A stretch of DNA of 64,000 nt from Octopus vulgaris. Its lineage: Eukaryota. How positions within the stretch are numbered: position 1 is the first letter of the stretch; each line of letters starts with the position of its first letter. The notes below the pieces were generated by a model, which did not search any database, was not told the DNA's origin, and saw only the letters and a program-made list of their open reading frames with translations. Made by a program: the position numbers and the translations under genes. The stretch is from positions 89,094,001 to 89,158,000 of the forward strand of contig OX597815.1 in NCBI GenBank assembly GCA_951406725.2. Reading direction: 5' to 3'. This document shows positions 24,438 through 38,765 of the stretch, one piece after another.

Positions 24438-25075
24438 CTTTAAATAATTAATTCAAAACTTTTAAACTGTCATATACAATATATATTTATACTTATAATA
24501 CTTACATATATTTTTATACATATTTATATTTATTCATTTATATATTTTTAATACAACAATTGTTTTTCAAATGTGTATATCTTTCTGAGGAATTTTGATA
24601 TTGATTTCCTAATATTAGTAATATTATTAGTAATATTATTAAAAAAAACATATATGTATATATCGTTCGTATATAAATAATTTACGTATATAAATAATTT
24701 AATAGTATTAATAATTTGATACATTTGAGCACTCAATATAAATTCAGTATATAATATTATCCTTGAATATATTTAACTAAAGATTTATATATATATATAA
24801 ATATATATGCGTGTGTGCTTGTGTATGTTCACGTGTGTGTGTGTATAGGTACGTATTTACAAATTCACACAACCATCATCCATTTATTCTTCCATCAGTC
24901 CATAGAATCATACATATATACAAGGAAAATAAAACATAGCACCAATCTTTTCAAAATGTGAACGAAAAGGGTAAACACTTTCAAATTTAGGGGAGGTAAC
25001 TGGTTAAAAGATTAATCTCATGTTTATATTCGTTATTAGCGGCGGAAGTAGTGTCATTTCTAAATAGTATTCTGT

Positions 25076-25745
25076 GTATCATACTTAACATGGATACACT
25101 GTAGAAGGCAAGGTATTCTTCTTCAAAAAGCATCTCATATAGACGGATTGTGCTAAAAGAGAACAGAAGAATATCAGTAGCAGGCAAAAATGGTGCAGCA
25201 GCCGCTGTATCATTGTTAAATCCAGTTCCTGCATATTTGCGCATCATTAGTTGTAAGCATACAGACTTAGGTATTCCTCCGCCGCTGCTGGAAGATTCGT
25301 CTGATACGGATATTCTTCTATACTTTTTAGCACTATACGTCTACACATGATGTTTCCTCATGACAAATGTCGTAGCTATGAGGCTTTCTATATCCATGCT
25401 AAGATATACTGAATGCAATTTTGAATTGATAATGTCGCTAATCACGAAATGTTATTCAAGATGCTGGTTATTTGCGACAATAAATAGTTAATCCCCTTTG
25501 CGCTATATCAGTAGAAACTAAATATTTGCAAGCATGTAGATGTTAGAGGATGCTTGCTGCTTATGACGCGCATTTACGCAGAAACCCGGATTTAACAATT
25601 ACAATGCTGCTACTGGACGAATGTTTTCTCCTGCAGATATTTTTCAGTGCTTTTAGTAGAATAAATCTTTACAGGATGCTTCCTGGATACGAATGCTGTA
25701 GCTTCGTAGCTTTCTACACAATATCCACGTTAAGTAATATATACA
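25076..25745. repeat. Three diverged copies of a ~170-bp unit (one inverted)
   Basis: Reverse complement of 25076-25250 aligns by eye with ~25260-25410 and 25562-25745. Confidence 0.65.
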
Positions 25746-28039
25746 AAATGATATTGTGCTGTGTATATAGATATATATACACATGTGCGCGTGTGTACAT
25801 ATATGTGTGCGTGAGTGTGTGAGTTTGTGTGCATTATGTATACATATGTATATATACATAATGAATGAATTGTTAAGTTAATGGTTTAGCCATTATTACC
25901 TGGCATCTTGGGCAGATGATTGACTCATACCTTGTAAATGAAGTTGGTTGGATAAAATCAGTATATAGACCCATCGATTGGTATGTACATGTAATTTAAA
26001 AGAAACAGACTTGTCATATATTAATATACATAGTTAATGGATCAATTTGATGGGATTCAGCTAAGTTTTCAGTATTACACTAATACGCTTATATCTCTTT
26101 TAAAATTATTTTGCATTTATGAATGCCATATTCTATTTAGTTAATTCAAGAGTAAGCATCTGAAATCTTAATTTAGTCTCGCCAAATTCTCCTATCTTTA
26201 TCTGTTTATTTCTTTGACGAAAATGATACTAGTGCTTTTCGTTAACTTTGAATCTGAACATTGCAGTGGCGTACTTTTCCATATAGAATTTCATACAAAT
26301 ATCCATACTTACACGGAACTCTATATGGAATATGACAGACATCCGCATTAACTCCAAATAGATATTTAATTAAATGTAATAATACCAGACAGCAGGGAAG
26401 AAAGAGTGAATATGTTCAGTCGGGTATTCGTAACGTTTTTAAAATCCACTCTTTTTGCTTAACTGTTACGGCTATTTTCGATTTAGTTATGACATCTACG
26501 ATATCGCTACCAAAATAATTGTAATAAAAGAAATTATTGCGTCATACACTAGCCTAACATTGGTCTGATTCCTTTTTCTGTTATAGTTTTCGGGGCTCTG
26601 GTAATCCACAACTTCTACTTACATTCATACCAGCCTTCAACTGTTGATACCTTCTAAAATAGGCATTTATCCTTTACTGTAAAATTATTTTTATTACTAC
26701 TTTGTATATTTTAAATATTGGGATTGGCCTGAAGTTTAAGAGAATTTTATGTCAATTTAGTTTTGGAAGTCAAGACATTTTTGTTTTTCTTTTGTGAGAA
26801 AGTGAGCTGTTTCGCACGACTCTTTTATTTGTAAATATCTTAGCGTGCACCAGCAATATATTTTATTGAGATAGCTAGCACTTTGGTATTTTAGATTTCC
26901 AATTAAATAAATTGTTCTGTAATACTTGGAATACTTTTAGGACTTTTACTACTGATTGCCATTGTCTATTCAAATGATGTGATCCTTCCTATACCGTTTC
27001 ACAATCCTCCTCCACCACAAACTTTGTACATTGCTTGGTGTTGGCACTGCTTTCTCTTCTTTTATTATCTAGTTCCATTTAGAATTGCCATTTGTTCTGT
27101 TCAAAGAAATGCTTTTAATTTTCATGTCGATGGAATGTTCTGTAATTTAGTAACAATTGTTTAAGTAACAGAAACTTTCATGAGACTCCAGTCACATGAT
27201 TTCTCTTAATCTAATTTCCGCTTATAGATTCTACGATAATATTATGTTAAATTCGTAACCGTTATCTCACTTCAGTACAGGATACACTCGTTACATTATA
27301 GGAATTGTACATTACTTATGTATCGAGAATGAATGGAAATCCATATTGATCTCGGTAGTATTTTAACTCAGCCGGACAAAAATAATTACCACAAGAATTC
27401 TGACGGCTCTGCCAATTTTGGCAACAAATTAGTGGTACTATATCATATCACACTTAATTCTTAGCTGTTAAATGAATTGTTTTCATGAAGTTACTTTTCT
27501 TGAAATCAAAGTGGCACACGCAGATGCACATTCATAAGGTAGCCTATCCTGTTAGTACTTAGCGACAAACGAATTATATTTTAGACAATACTGTACAATT
27601 AAATAGTAAAAATATTTTATAATACCTAATTTAACGTCATAAAAACAATCCATAAATTATTCGAGTCCACTTGGTCGTAATGTTTTCTTTTCGAAATTGG
27701 TTCTTAAAAATCGTAGCTGGTAATTAATTTTATCACATCAATTTTACTTGTGATTCGTTACTGTAATGATTTTTCGGCGTACAATTCGGTAAATAATGCT
27801 AACACTAGTCACAGAAATCTTGTACTAAGTGAAAGAGCAATATAGTTTTAACATGTTAGTAACTAACATGTGTAAGTCTCCGTTAACACAAGCTTTCCTT
27901 CGTTATTTCTCCTTACTATTTCATAGATTATAATGAACATCAATAGAAGTGATTGTCAGTATCTTTATCGATATTCAAACCAAAGCTACTCTGTTGCTTT
28001 TGCTGTTGTTGCAGTAATAGTAATGTTACTATTTTATTG

Positions 28040-28079
28040 TAATTATTACTATTAGTAGTAGTAATAATAATAATACTAC

Positions 28080-28111
<32 letters not shown>

Positions 28112-28129
28112 ATGATAATAATAATAATA

Positions 28130-28161
<32 letters not shown>

Positions 28162-28225
28162 AATAATGATGATGATGATAATGATGATAATAATGATGAT
28201 GATGATAATGATGATAATAATAATA
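28040..28225. repeat. (TAG)n/(TAA)n/(TGA)n compound microsatellite
   Basis: Direct inspection. Confidence 0.95.
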
Positions 28226-28744
28226 AACTTCAGACAAATATCATGCCTCCTCAAAAAATCATGCCTCCTCAAAAAATCATGCCTCCTCATTGATATGACT
28301 GTCTCAATCGATATAAACGTATTTGTCACGACCTACCAAAAACTGAGCAAATATAAAGATCTTGAAATAGAAATGAGCAAAATGTGGAACCTGAAGACTA
28401 AAACAATACCTGTTGTCATAGGTGCCCTGGGAATGATAGCAAAAGGGGCTGATTGCTACCTAGCTCAGATGCCAGGAAACCCCAAAATAGCAGAAATTCA
28501 AAAGATAGTGCTCATGGGAACTGCTTATATCCTAAGCAAAATACTTTCTATGTAATCTCAAGTTTTAAAACAAACATAATTTTCTTGTGGCTTCTTAAAC
28601 ATTCTCTTCTTAAACATGTACAAAACCAAATATATGGCACCCTAAGCATAACACCAACATGAACTTCCAACTTGTTGTCTCATGAGGTCTCTGGGTGAGA
28701 CTTGGAGCCAACTTGTACAAATGTAAAGCAAAAGTCAAACATAA

Positions 28745-28819
<75 letters not shown>

Positions 28820-28820
28820 T
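28226..28820 (+). mobile_element. R4/Dong-like non-LTR 3' fragment (RLE domain) with (AAT)n tail
   Basis: CLLIDMTV...KLSKYKDLEIEMSKMW...IPVVIGALG...IQKIVLMGTAYIL. Confidence 0.85.
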
Positions 28821-29280
28821 ATACACCAGGTGTAAGGTTTTAGCACATGTAGAGTATAAATCAAGACATGACAGAATTCGGCAATATCTATACTAGATAT
28901 GTCAGCATCATAAAATCAAAACTGCTGACAAATTGTATAAGCGCCACCCTGAAACTGAGGGAGAAAATGTATCCATTCTTTGGGACTCTCCAGAACATAC
29001 GGACTGAACCATCAAAGCTAATAAACCAGATATTTTAGTGAAAGACCAAAACAATAAAGTGTGTTTATAGATTGACATGAGCGTACTTTGTGATCTCGGC
29101 AAAAAAATTTGATAAGCTGAGAAAATATTACTGATTGAAATCAAAAAAAATATGGCTTCTCTAGATGGTTACAATACCATAGATTGTAGGCGCACTTGGA
29201 ATGATTAAAAAAAGGGACTGAAAATTATTTGAGGATGATCCTTGGCTTACTATCCATGTAGGAAATGCAATAGATTGTCT
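28821..29280 (+). mobile_element. Second R4/Dong-like RLE fragment
   Basis: YKSRHDRI, VSILWD, TIKANKPDILVKD..CL*ID, IVGALGMI remnants. Confidence 0.8.
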
Positions 29281-29560
29281 TCAATGGTAATTGAGAAAGA
29301 AAGCAAACTATGCTGGATCATAGATATAGAGTACCTAGCTGATATAGAATACCTAGCTGACATCAAAGTATGCGATAAGATAGAAGGAAAAGTCGATAGA
29401 TATGACAAGTTAGCTTGGGAAGTTAAGCAGTTGCAGTGGATGAAAAAGGTGGTAGTTGTACCAATAATTGTTGGAGCCATGGGAACAATGAGTAAAAATC
29501 TCGAGAAGTATTGGTAGTGAACAGCTGACACCGTAGTATTAGAAGCTGTACAAATGCACT
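29281..29560 (+). mobile_element. Third R4/Dong-like RLE fragment
   Basis: CWIIDI...KVDRYDKLAWEVKQLQW..VVVVPIIVGAMG. Confidence 0.8.
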
Positions 29561-29562
29561 AT

Positions 29563-29599
<37 letters not shown>

Positions 29600-29618
29600 G
29601 GTGATGATGATGATGATG

Positions 29619-29650
<32 letters not shown>

Positions 29651-29858
29651 CCTTTCTACTGTAGACATAAGGTTAGAAGTTTTGGGGTAAGTTATGTTGA
29701 TTACATCGACACCAGTGCATAACTGTTACTTATTTAATAGACCCGGAAGGATTAGAGGCAAAGTCAACCTCGGCGGAATTTGATCTCAGAACGTAGTATC
29801 TGACAAAATACCGCTGAGTATTTCGTCCGGGGTGGTAACGATTCTGTCAGAGTGCCGC
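29651..29858 (-). mobile_element. tRNA-SINE (family of 63175) with (ATT)n-type tail
   Basis: aggcaaagtcaacctcggcggaatttgatctcagaacg core. Confidence 0.85.
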
Positions 29859-30344
29859 GTAATAATATTAATAATAATGATCGTTAACGAATAAATATTT
29901 TAAATATGTACACACACATATGTATAAGTAGCCATGTCTCTGCCTTATCTTTCTGTTCTTGTATATACACACACGCACAGACATACGGACATAGACACAC
30001 AGGCACACAAGCACACAAACACACGTGTATGTGTGTGTTTCTGTATAAACTTATTTCATTGTCAACCGTTTCTCTATGGTTCCTACAAACAATTGTATAT
30101 CATTTTAGTCTGTTTATAAGTGCGATATACGAAATAGAAGAGAAGCGTATTAAAGAAAGGAAACGCTAATCTCAGGTCACAGAACGCCAAGAATGCTAAC
30201 TTTATTAGGTCGCTCTTTCATCCGAATCGTATCCAAATTCATATGCACAGCCAACTTGTAGACTAATTTTCTTCAAGATGAGATGTTGTAGATGTAATGC
30301 CTTTGGACAAGATTCTGTCCGTTAAGTGTTGACTTGGAGATGAA

Positions 30345-30510
30345 TCCTCCTTTCCATTTCAGGCACAAAGCCTGAAAGTTCGGTGGAGGGCTAATCGATT
30401 ACATCGCCTCCAAGGACGAAATGCAAAGTCGACTTCTGCGGAATCTGTACTCAAAACATCAAAACAGACGAAATGACAGTAGGCATTTTGCCCGGCTGCT
30501 AACCGCCTTA
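30345..30510 (-). mobile_element. Degraded SINE, same family
   Basis: atcgattacatcg, caaagtcgac, cattttgcccggc matches. Confidence 0.7.
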
Positions 30511-31547
30511 ACTAAGGTATGAAGGATAAAATCAATGACAACATTGAATATAGATTGGTATTGCTGTATAATAATGAGCCCAGCTACCTGTATAATGAAA
30601 GTTTGCATATGTTAAAATCTTGGCATACATCAATCCGTTTTTAATTCGCCCAACTCTGCGGTATGGGAAAAGGATGCAAATAGAATAATCCCTCCGCCAA
30701 AAGATACATCACTCAAATACAGGCAGACACACACGAACATGTACACAGACCTTCACTCATTGTCTGTCTCCTGCTCGCACATACGCAGACATATGTTTCG
30801 TGATCATGTATATATATAATATACATGTGTATATATATGTATATGTAGATTGATATTTTTAAGCTTAGCTATAATAAAAAGAAAAGCAATTTTTAAATGA
30901 ATCTGAAAGGTTATTCCGTACTTTTGTGGATTACACATTTATTATTCTTTGAGCAGAATGATATTGACTGTGAATTCGAAGTTCCGGCCAGCAAAACCTG
31001 TATGTGTACACACACACACAAACAAACACACACACACACACAGATACACACATAGATACATACCTATACAGATACAGACATATATATATATACATACATG
31101 TATATAAAGTTTGAGAGGACAGATATTAGAATATTTGTATCATTTATTATTAGTATGTACATTATGCAACTGCTTAATTCTCTTTCGAAAAACGTAAATT
31201 CTATACCATAACATTTGGAGACTGCAATCTGTTTTCCATTGAATGAATTTAGCAGCATTATTTCTCAAAAGATGGAAAGACATTGAGATTAATCTTCTTA
31301 ACCCTCCAACTACCAGCAACTACAACATCAGTAACAACAATATTGTATTAATATCATAGAGATAGAATGTAGAACTGTATCAATGACCAGACATTGAAAG
31401 ACTATAATACTTAATAATATATTATATTATTACAAAATAACAATAAGTGGAAATGGAATATTTCAGTGTATCTTTCTTTTAATATATGCAAGAATTATAG
31501 TAATACTCCTACGCAATGTAGAATGTAAAACAGGAATATTAAATATG

Positions 31548-31550
<3 letters not shown>

Positions 31551-31624
<74 letters not shown>

Positions 31625-31629
31625 GTATA

Positions 31630-31723
<94 letters not shown>
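31551..31723. repeat. Long (TA)n tract
   Basis: Direct inspection. Confidence 0.95.
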
Positions 31724-31725
<2 letters not shown>

Positions 31726-31989
31726 TGCTAATATTAAATGCAGTCGACAGGAGTTAAGTCAGTCTATTTAAGACTATATCAAATAAACATTAACGTAATA
31801 TGTATGTTTCAATAAGTGAACCAACACTTGTGTACACCGAACAAAGGATGTTGTATATGTTTAGTCTAATAAATGCACATATACATCTTAGACAAATAGC
31901 GACTGCCCCAGGTGAAATCGAGATGAACTATGATCAAAGAATTCCTACTTGACTAGCCCATCTGTTTAGTTTTTCAATGCATACATTAT

Positions 31990-32272
31990 GAAGTGTCTAA
32001 TGGATAGAGTGTTGCTCGTACGATCGTAAGAGCGTTGTTTTGATTCCCATACCGGTGGTTGTTTCTGTTCTGGTGCAAAACAAGTCATTTCGTGTTGCTT
32101 CTGTCCACTAAGCTGTAAACGGGTGACATTTTGACGGACTGGTGTTCCGTTAAGAGGAAATGTTGGCTTGCCCACCTTGCCAGCGGTGTGACATCATTCA
32201 AAAGCTGCAACAACGCGAAGAGGTATACTGTGACCAGCTGTGTGTAACAACATCCGATAGTCTGGTCGATAT
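31990..32272 (+). mobile_element. Old tRNA-headed SINE with CORE-like middle
   Basis: Degenerate A/B boxes; gtccactaagctgtaaacggg middle; tail homologous to 2031-2150. Confidence 0.6.
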
Positions 32273-33207
32273 ACTTATACAATGAAGAGTCTTATCCGTT
32301 TTTCAGATGATAGGAGGTGATTTGAGAGAGATATGGTTGCTAATTCTAGCAAAGCGTGCGACCACGAACAAACTTTCTCAGTGGCGCATATTTAATTATG
32401 AACAGTTTTCAAATACAAATATTCCACTGATTATGTCTCTTAGCTGAATTGTAATTCTACTAAATTTTACTAAGATATACTTCAGGTGGATGCTTATTTA
32501 AAGAGCAATTCTTTTCTATTTCGTTCTACTAATTAGTCTTCACAGAGACAAAATTACAACCATACACAATTCTATTTCATTTAATTCCGATTATTTCCCA
32601 CTTTGGGTCAAATATATACGCCGTTTGAATAAACAACTAAAATTTTAAAGGAAATGTGCCAGAAATACTTTAAGTTCTGATGTAATCAAATATAATCTTA
32701 GAGCTTATCGATTGTCAAAAATAATTAGACCAAAAATTTCTGTTTGAAATTCGGCAATTGATCCGGGAATTTGTCTGCGATCAGCAATGGAGTCAATGAA
32801 GCAGAGACTAAGCAAGCTAAAGAGAGCTGCGTTGGTGCATTAGGCATCGGATGTAATACTAAGTGATGTCAAGCTGAAACTTAACTGAATTTCCTGATAT
32901 TCTTGTTGGCGAAAGCAACATACATTTCGAGGAATTGTGTGGTAAGTCACACATTCACTTTGTTGATGTGGGTATGTTTTGTAAAGTTGCTTGTATAGAA
33001 CTAATAGCATAGTTATAACAGAAATGTACTGTTTATCCAATCTATTAGTCTCCCCACACATTGACAAACACGTGCACTCACACATATGTATGTGTGCGAC
33101 AAACTACATTATACGTATGTGTTTTTCTTATTCAACAATCCTATATATAGACAGATCTTTAGAAAAATGTATATGCATATGTATGTATATATATATATGT
33201 GTGTGTA

Positions 33208-33245
<38 letters not shown>

Positions 33246-33908
33246 TGTCAACACATAACTGTAAATATGTATGTGCGTAAGTGTACGCAGAGAGGGAAAG
33301 AGACCAAGATATATATATTCACAGCCCTGCACACTCACATACACACGCGCATATTTATGCTATATACATATATAACATAGACACAAGGAAATAAACAAAG
33401 AGCGAATGAGGAGATGAGAGGAAGAGAAAACGAATATGTAGACGGGTTGTTATAGAAATGTAAATATCATGGAAAGAAAGAGGACCAATTGTCATAGCTA
33501 TGAGTGCATATATAAAAATTAAATATAATATATACAGCTACGTATGTCATGTAAGTATATTTGTATGCATATATATGTACACACATAAACACACACATAT
33601 GCACACGCATACACACACACAAACATACAGAAAAAGAAGCACACGCATATATATATATCATACATCCATATGCACATATGTACACACACATACACACATA
33701 TATAGATTTTATATACCTTACCAGACATAAATAAACACATATTTGCTCATATCATAATATCTGCGAATATATTTCGAAACATAAGGGTACAGATAAAAGT
33801 GTTGATAAATTTATAGAAAATAGATGTATGTCATAAGAAAATATTCACATATATACATACAACACACACACATATATATACATACATAATTGCAAGTACG
33901 CGCATAAT

Positions 33909-33975
<67 letters not shown>

Positions 33976-36046
33976 CACTTACACATACATACAAACACGC
34001 ACACATATACATTCGATAGCACATCCAGCTGATATAATCAAATTTATAGCTATATATAAATATAATATTGCACTATATCGTAAAATTTCAATCGAGATAT
34101 TTTGGTCTGTTTATATGATTAACTTTGGTCTGTTTTATAACAAAATCCATTAAACATAGATGGTGGTATTTATCGACGTTAGATGTCGTTTTATAGAATT
34201 AATTTTCATAACTTCAAATCAACGAGGCTTTCACGTAGAGAGAGTAGGAGTAAGAAAGAGGGGAAGAGAGAGAGAGAGAGAGAAAAGCAAGGAAAAGAGA
34301 GAGAGAAAACATAGATATATTCAGTATATTCCCGAGTGTTTCTTGCTATCATTGAAATATAATTAGCTTATTCCTCGCTGTTTTTGTTCTATTTTCTTTT
34401 GTCGTTTCTCTAACAATGATTCTGCCACTTGATGCCGCAATATATTGACAGGATTTTTTGAGGGATGTGGTGGGGACATATAACATAATGGTCTTTATAA
34501 AAGAAATTTTTGGACTTCAAATAAAATCTGTTATTGGTTTTATAACCTTCGTACGATATTTTGTGTTGAATGCTGTTTGCATTAATTCAAACATTTTTCG
34601 AGATTCCCCAGAGCTGTAAGGTCTAATTTCAACTGTTTATTTTATTATCGGTCGCTTTAAATTTTTAATTTTGTATCAATATTTCCTCATGTACGTTTAT
34701 ATTCTTTCTGTTTTTATTTTTAGTTTTAGTCTTCTTAATAAAATCCAGCATCAAAGCATGGCAGTATGAATATAATGTAATACTTGCAGTGTAAAGAATT
34801 ATTTATTCATTGATGCGTTCATCTGATATTCTGTAGATATTTCTCGATCTGAAATAATTTTCATATCTTCTCGATGGGGAAAATGAATGCCGAATAAGAT
34901 CAAATCTGCTTCATTCACATTGAAAACTCTGATCAGTAACAGAAACATCATCAATTTACTGTCCTCTTCTTTATTAATTTATGCATTATAAATAGGTACT
35001 CCAAGTAGAAAAACCTGTTAAAATAATTATTTTATTGTCAGTTCATTTTTATTATTGTAAAATCTGTAAAAAGACACAAAAAGAATTTTCAAAAATAATT
35101 TTGTATGATATATTATATATTTATGATTAGCGATAAATATTCTGTATCTCGATAGAGATAATCGTCAAATTAGTAATGCGACAATTGAAGATGTAAGGTT
35201 GGATGAAACTATTTCAATTTGTGTTATAATTCAATATCATGACAGTTATATCCATTATGGTAACCTGCATTGAGTGGAATAATTGATTAATTTTATTTTA
35301 TGAACCATCAAATTTGTGATGCATCGGTTTTATACTAAGATTTGATACATCATATCTTTGACTTGTAAAAAGACGATTGAAATGTAATACTGTTTGTTGT
35401 TGATGTTGTTGTGCAGCTTATGCTAACTCTGATCAGGCAGAACTAAGACACGCTGATAGCAGTCAAATGAACAAATTTAAAATTGCGTTTGCTCAGTTGG
35501 ACTTCACTGTTCACTCTGATATGTAGGGTGATATCAAGTGCCGTGTGGAATCTAACCACGTTGCTTTAAACTTCACAATACTATTTGTTCTTAAGCATGT
35601 AAAGCCCTGTAATATTATAGTGAGGAAATTAGAGTGAAAGTTATACAACGGCGTGCAGTATCCATAAAAGTCTACATTCTTTGTTGCAATAGTCCTTTGA
35701 ATTACACTAATAATATAATTTAGAAATGGATAACTATTGTTAAAATCTCACTTCCTCCATCACGTAAAGTATAATTATTTATATATGGGAGTTATTTATA
35801 CCATATGGCTGATATAATTGCAGAGAAAACGTTAACCCCTCCACCCCGCAAATCAAAGACTGCTGTCGTAATTTATTTTCGGGAAAAGTTCATTCAATGT
35901 TCCTACACATTTGGTACATTAACGAAAAATATATCAGGTTAAATAAACGATAGTATACATATTTTCTTCACAACAAATCGCATATCATGGGATTTAAACT
36001 AACTGGCTTCCATTTTGATCTCACTGTACGGTCGTTAGCTATTGCC

Positions 36047-36144
<98 letters not shown>

Positions 36145-36179
36145 TACATATACATATGCATACATACATATATACATAC

Positions 36180-36226
<47 letters not shown>

Positions 36227-36374
36227 GTGAATTTTCAATTATCCGCACCAACGCACGGTTGCAACACCATATGGTTGTACCTCCAACCGTGCTGTTTTCT
36301 GCTGTGATTTTTGCTACCAAGGTATCGGTTAAACTTTTGATTAATCTGCTACAAGATTATTCATCTTTCTATTT

Positions 36375-36419
<45 letters not shown>

Positions 36420-37874
36420 ACATATGTACATACAGACATACATACATACACATTGTAACTGAAAGGCTTCAATTTCCACTAATCAGAATTACTTGTTTCC
36501 GATCATCTGGTAAACCGAGGCTTGTTTTCTTTTTAAATACTGTCTGAATATTTTTTCAAAGATGAAATGAAAGTTTAAAGAAAATGCTTATCCTTATGTT
36601 CTTTTGTATAAGAAACTTTTGTGAACGGTACGTGCAAAAACGGCTGCTCCAAGCTCCCATTGATATCGAAATGTTTAAATAATATGAAAATTCAGCTCTT
36701 CCCAAATTTCCGCTATGCAAAAACATAAATGATTTTGTTTTCAGCATTACAATCTATACTCCATCAGTTACGTGTTTCATACGCCATTCTTCTACCATAC
36801 AAACACTTGTTTAGCTTATATAGAGCTTGGTTGTGTGTACATGTTAAGCAAATAAAGTGACGTTATTTAGCTCCATGTCAGACATGGTTGAGTTGCGTTT
36901 CTTTTGTTAATAAGGCAACCTGTGATTTGGAGGTCAAAAAGATCTCATTAAAATTCCCTGGTTAGATCCCGGAAATTAATTTGTGCAAGCAGAGGGATCT
37001 GTTTAAAAGCCAGCTGTCTTGGGTACCATTAATGTTTGAAACCTCTATCTCTGATATACCCTCAGATAACAGAAAAGCCACTCTCACAGTTACTTTGATG
37101 AAAGCCAAATCTCAAAGCAATCAAGAGTTCTTACGATATGAAAGTACTTCAATGCCAGATGCAAGCAAACTGAGAACAACTCTTGCAAATTAATCCTGGA
37201 TGTTTTAAGAACCTCGCTATCAATTTTCTAACAAATTTCAGCCTGGATGCACAAATCACGAAATATTGTAATCCGTGACTTAGAATCTGCGCAAAACTCG
37301 GAATTATTGAATGCAAATAAATAAATTTAAATGATTATTACAGGAAATAATCCAGCAGCTATATGACTGGAGACAATCCAACGGTTATACACAAGGAATA
37401 TTTTTCTCTATAGCTTGGCTAAATAACTGGAAGATGTTAAAAGGCTTAAGACTAATCTCAGATGCCCCCCACCCCGCGCCCAGAAAGAAAAACAGGAGGA
37501 AAGTTCATTTGAAGATAAGACAGCAAACAAAATTCCTGTATTTCTCGAACAACCGTGGCTAATAGCAATTCTAAAACTATTCATTATATTACTTTAGCGC
37601 CATCATAGATAAATTGCTACGCGTGTTTCTTTATGGCTGCATGCAGAAGCTAGAATCATGGACCCATAACTAAGTGTTTCACACAGTTTACCACATATAT
37701 GTAGGAGAGGTATAGGTTTATATAAATATATATTTATCTCATTAACTACCAAGCTACATAGCAACGTACAGATAAACATATGAAGTCAGTGAGAAATATT
37801 GGCTGTATGTATATTTGTATGTATATTTGTATGCAAATATATGTATATGAACATATATATATATATATATATAA

Positions 37875-38078
37875 AATATTATTAGAGACAAAACCACTAT
37901 TTTGCAAAACAAACAAGGAAAGACTTAATCAATACATAAAATTTTAATAAATAGTCAAAAAAACCGCCACTACAATCGTTTCTTGTCTTGATCGACAATC
38001 TTCAGGTGGACTTCAATAAGTCAGTTTCAAATTATTCAAAGAATTCCCTGTAAATTTGGATTTATTCCCTAATATTTA

Positions 38079-38085
<7 letters not shown>
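37875..38085 (-). mobile_element. Short PLE-derived element in (TA)n
   Basis: ~210 bp between TA tracts, centred on a hammerhead motif. Confidence 0.6.
37967..38009 (-). ncRNA. Minimal type-I hammerhead ribozyme
   Basis: ccac-CTGAAGA-ttgtc gatcaa gacaa-GAAA-C gatt G-TA-gtgg; canonical core, all stems pair. Confidence 0.82.
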
Positions 38086-38117
<32 letters not shown>

Positions 38118-38399
38118 ATATATGCTGCGAAATCTATGAAAAATTCTTAGAGCATATGATGAGAACTCGGTACGTGATAAACTGGTCCTTATACCACCTA
38201 TAAAATATATTTTCTTGAGACGACTTAATCAGAGTTAACTTTGGAAAAGACATGTTGTGGCTGGGTTGGGATTGTTTTAACCCAGTGCGCATTGCTGGGG
38301 AGGCATTTACTTGCTCAGAACAAAAGCAACAGCACCACTTTATCTCAAGAACAAGTACACGACAAAGCAAGAATAAGCATCTGCGATTTATACTTCTAA

Positions 38400-38765
38400 T
38401 GCGTAGGCGTGACTTTGTGGTAAGAAGTTTGCTTTTCCAGCCTGAAGTTTCCCGGTTCAATCCCACTGCATGGCACCTTGGGCAAGTATTTTCTACCATA
38501 TCATCGGGCCGGTCAAAGACTTGCGAGTGGACTTGGTAGATGGAAACTGATATATGTATACACACACATATATTTATGTGTGTGTGTATCTTTGTCCCTG
38601 TTCACCACCGTCGCTTTAGAACCGGTATCGGCTTGTTTACGTCTCCGTAACTTAACGTTCCAGCAAACAAGACCTATAGAATACGTACCAGTCTATTCAC
38701 CCGATTACGACTTCTTCGCTGTTGTGCCCCAGTATAGTCTGCTTGTAATGTTTGAAACAGATAAG
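38400..38765 (+). mobile_element. tRNA-SINE with internal microsatellite
   Basis: gtggtaagaag...ggttcaatccc boxes; ccttgggcaagt core; several copies in the window. Confidence 0.85.

Larger units (their letters stand above)
19215..24770 (+). mobile_element. 5'-truncated Penelope-like element (GIY-YIG + pLTR), interrupted by a LINE insertion at 20144-23886
   Basis: ORF 19432-19821 VYIGSSVNFKQ..H...KESLYIL; 19215-19415 is the reverse complement of ~24437-24640; hammerhead at 24346. Confidence 0.85.

Noticed and set aside
26312-26417. Signal-peptide-like frame TYSLFLPCCLVLLHLIKYLFGVNA
   Set aside because: No start codon; a frameshifted REJ-like reading fits at least as well
34400-35000. Possible decayed coding sequence
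   Set aside because: No recognisable motif; multiple stops
36556-37450. Possible DNA-transposon remnant or short ORFs
   Set aside because: No TIRs or catalytic motifs identified
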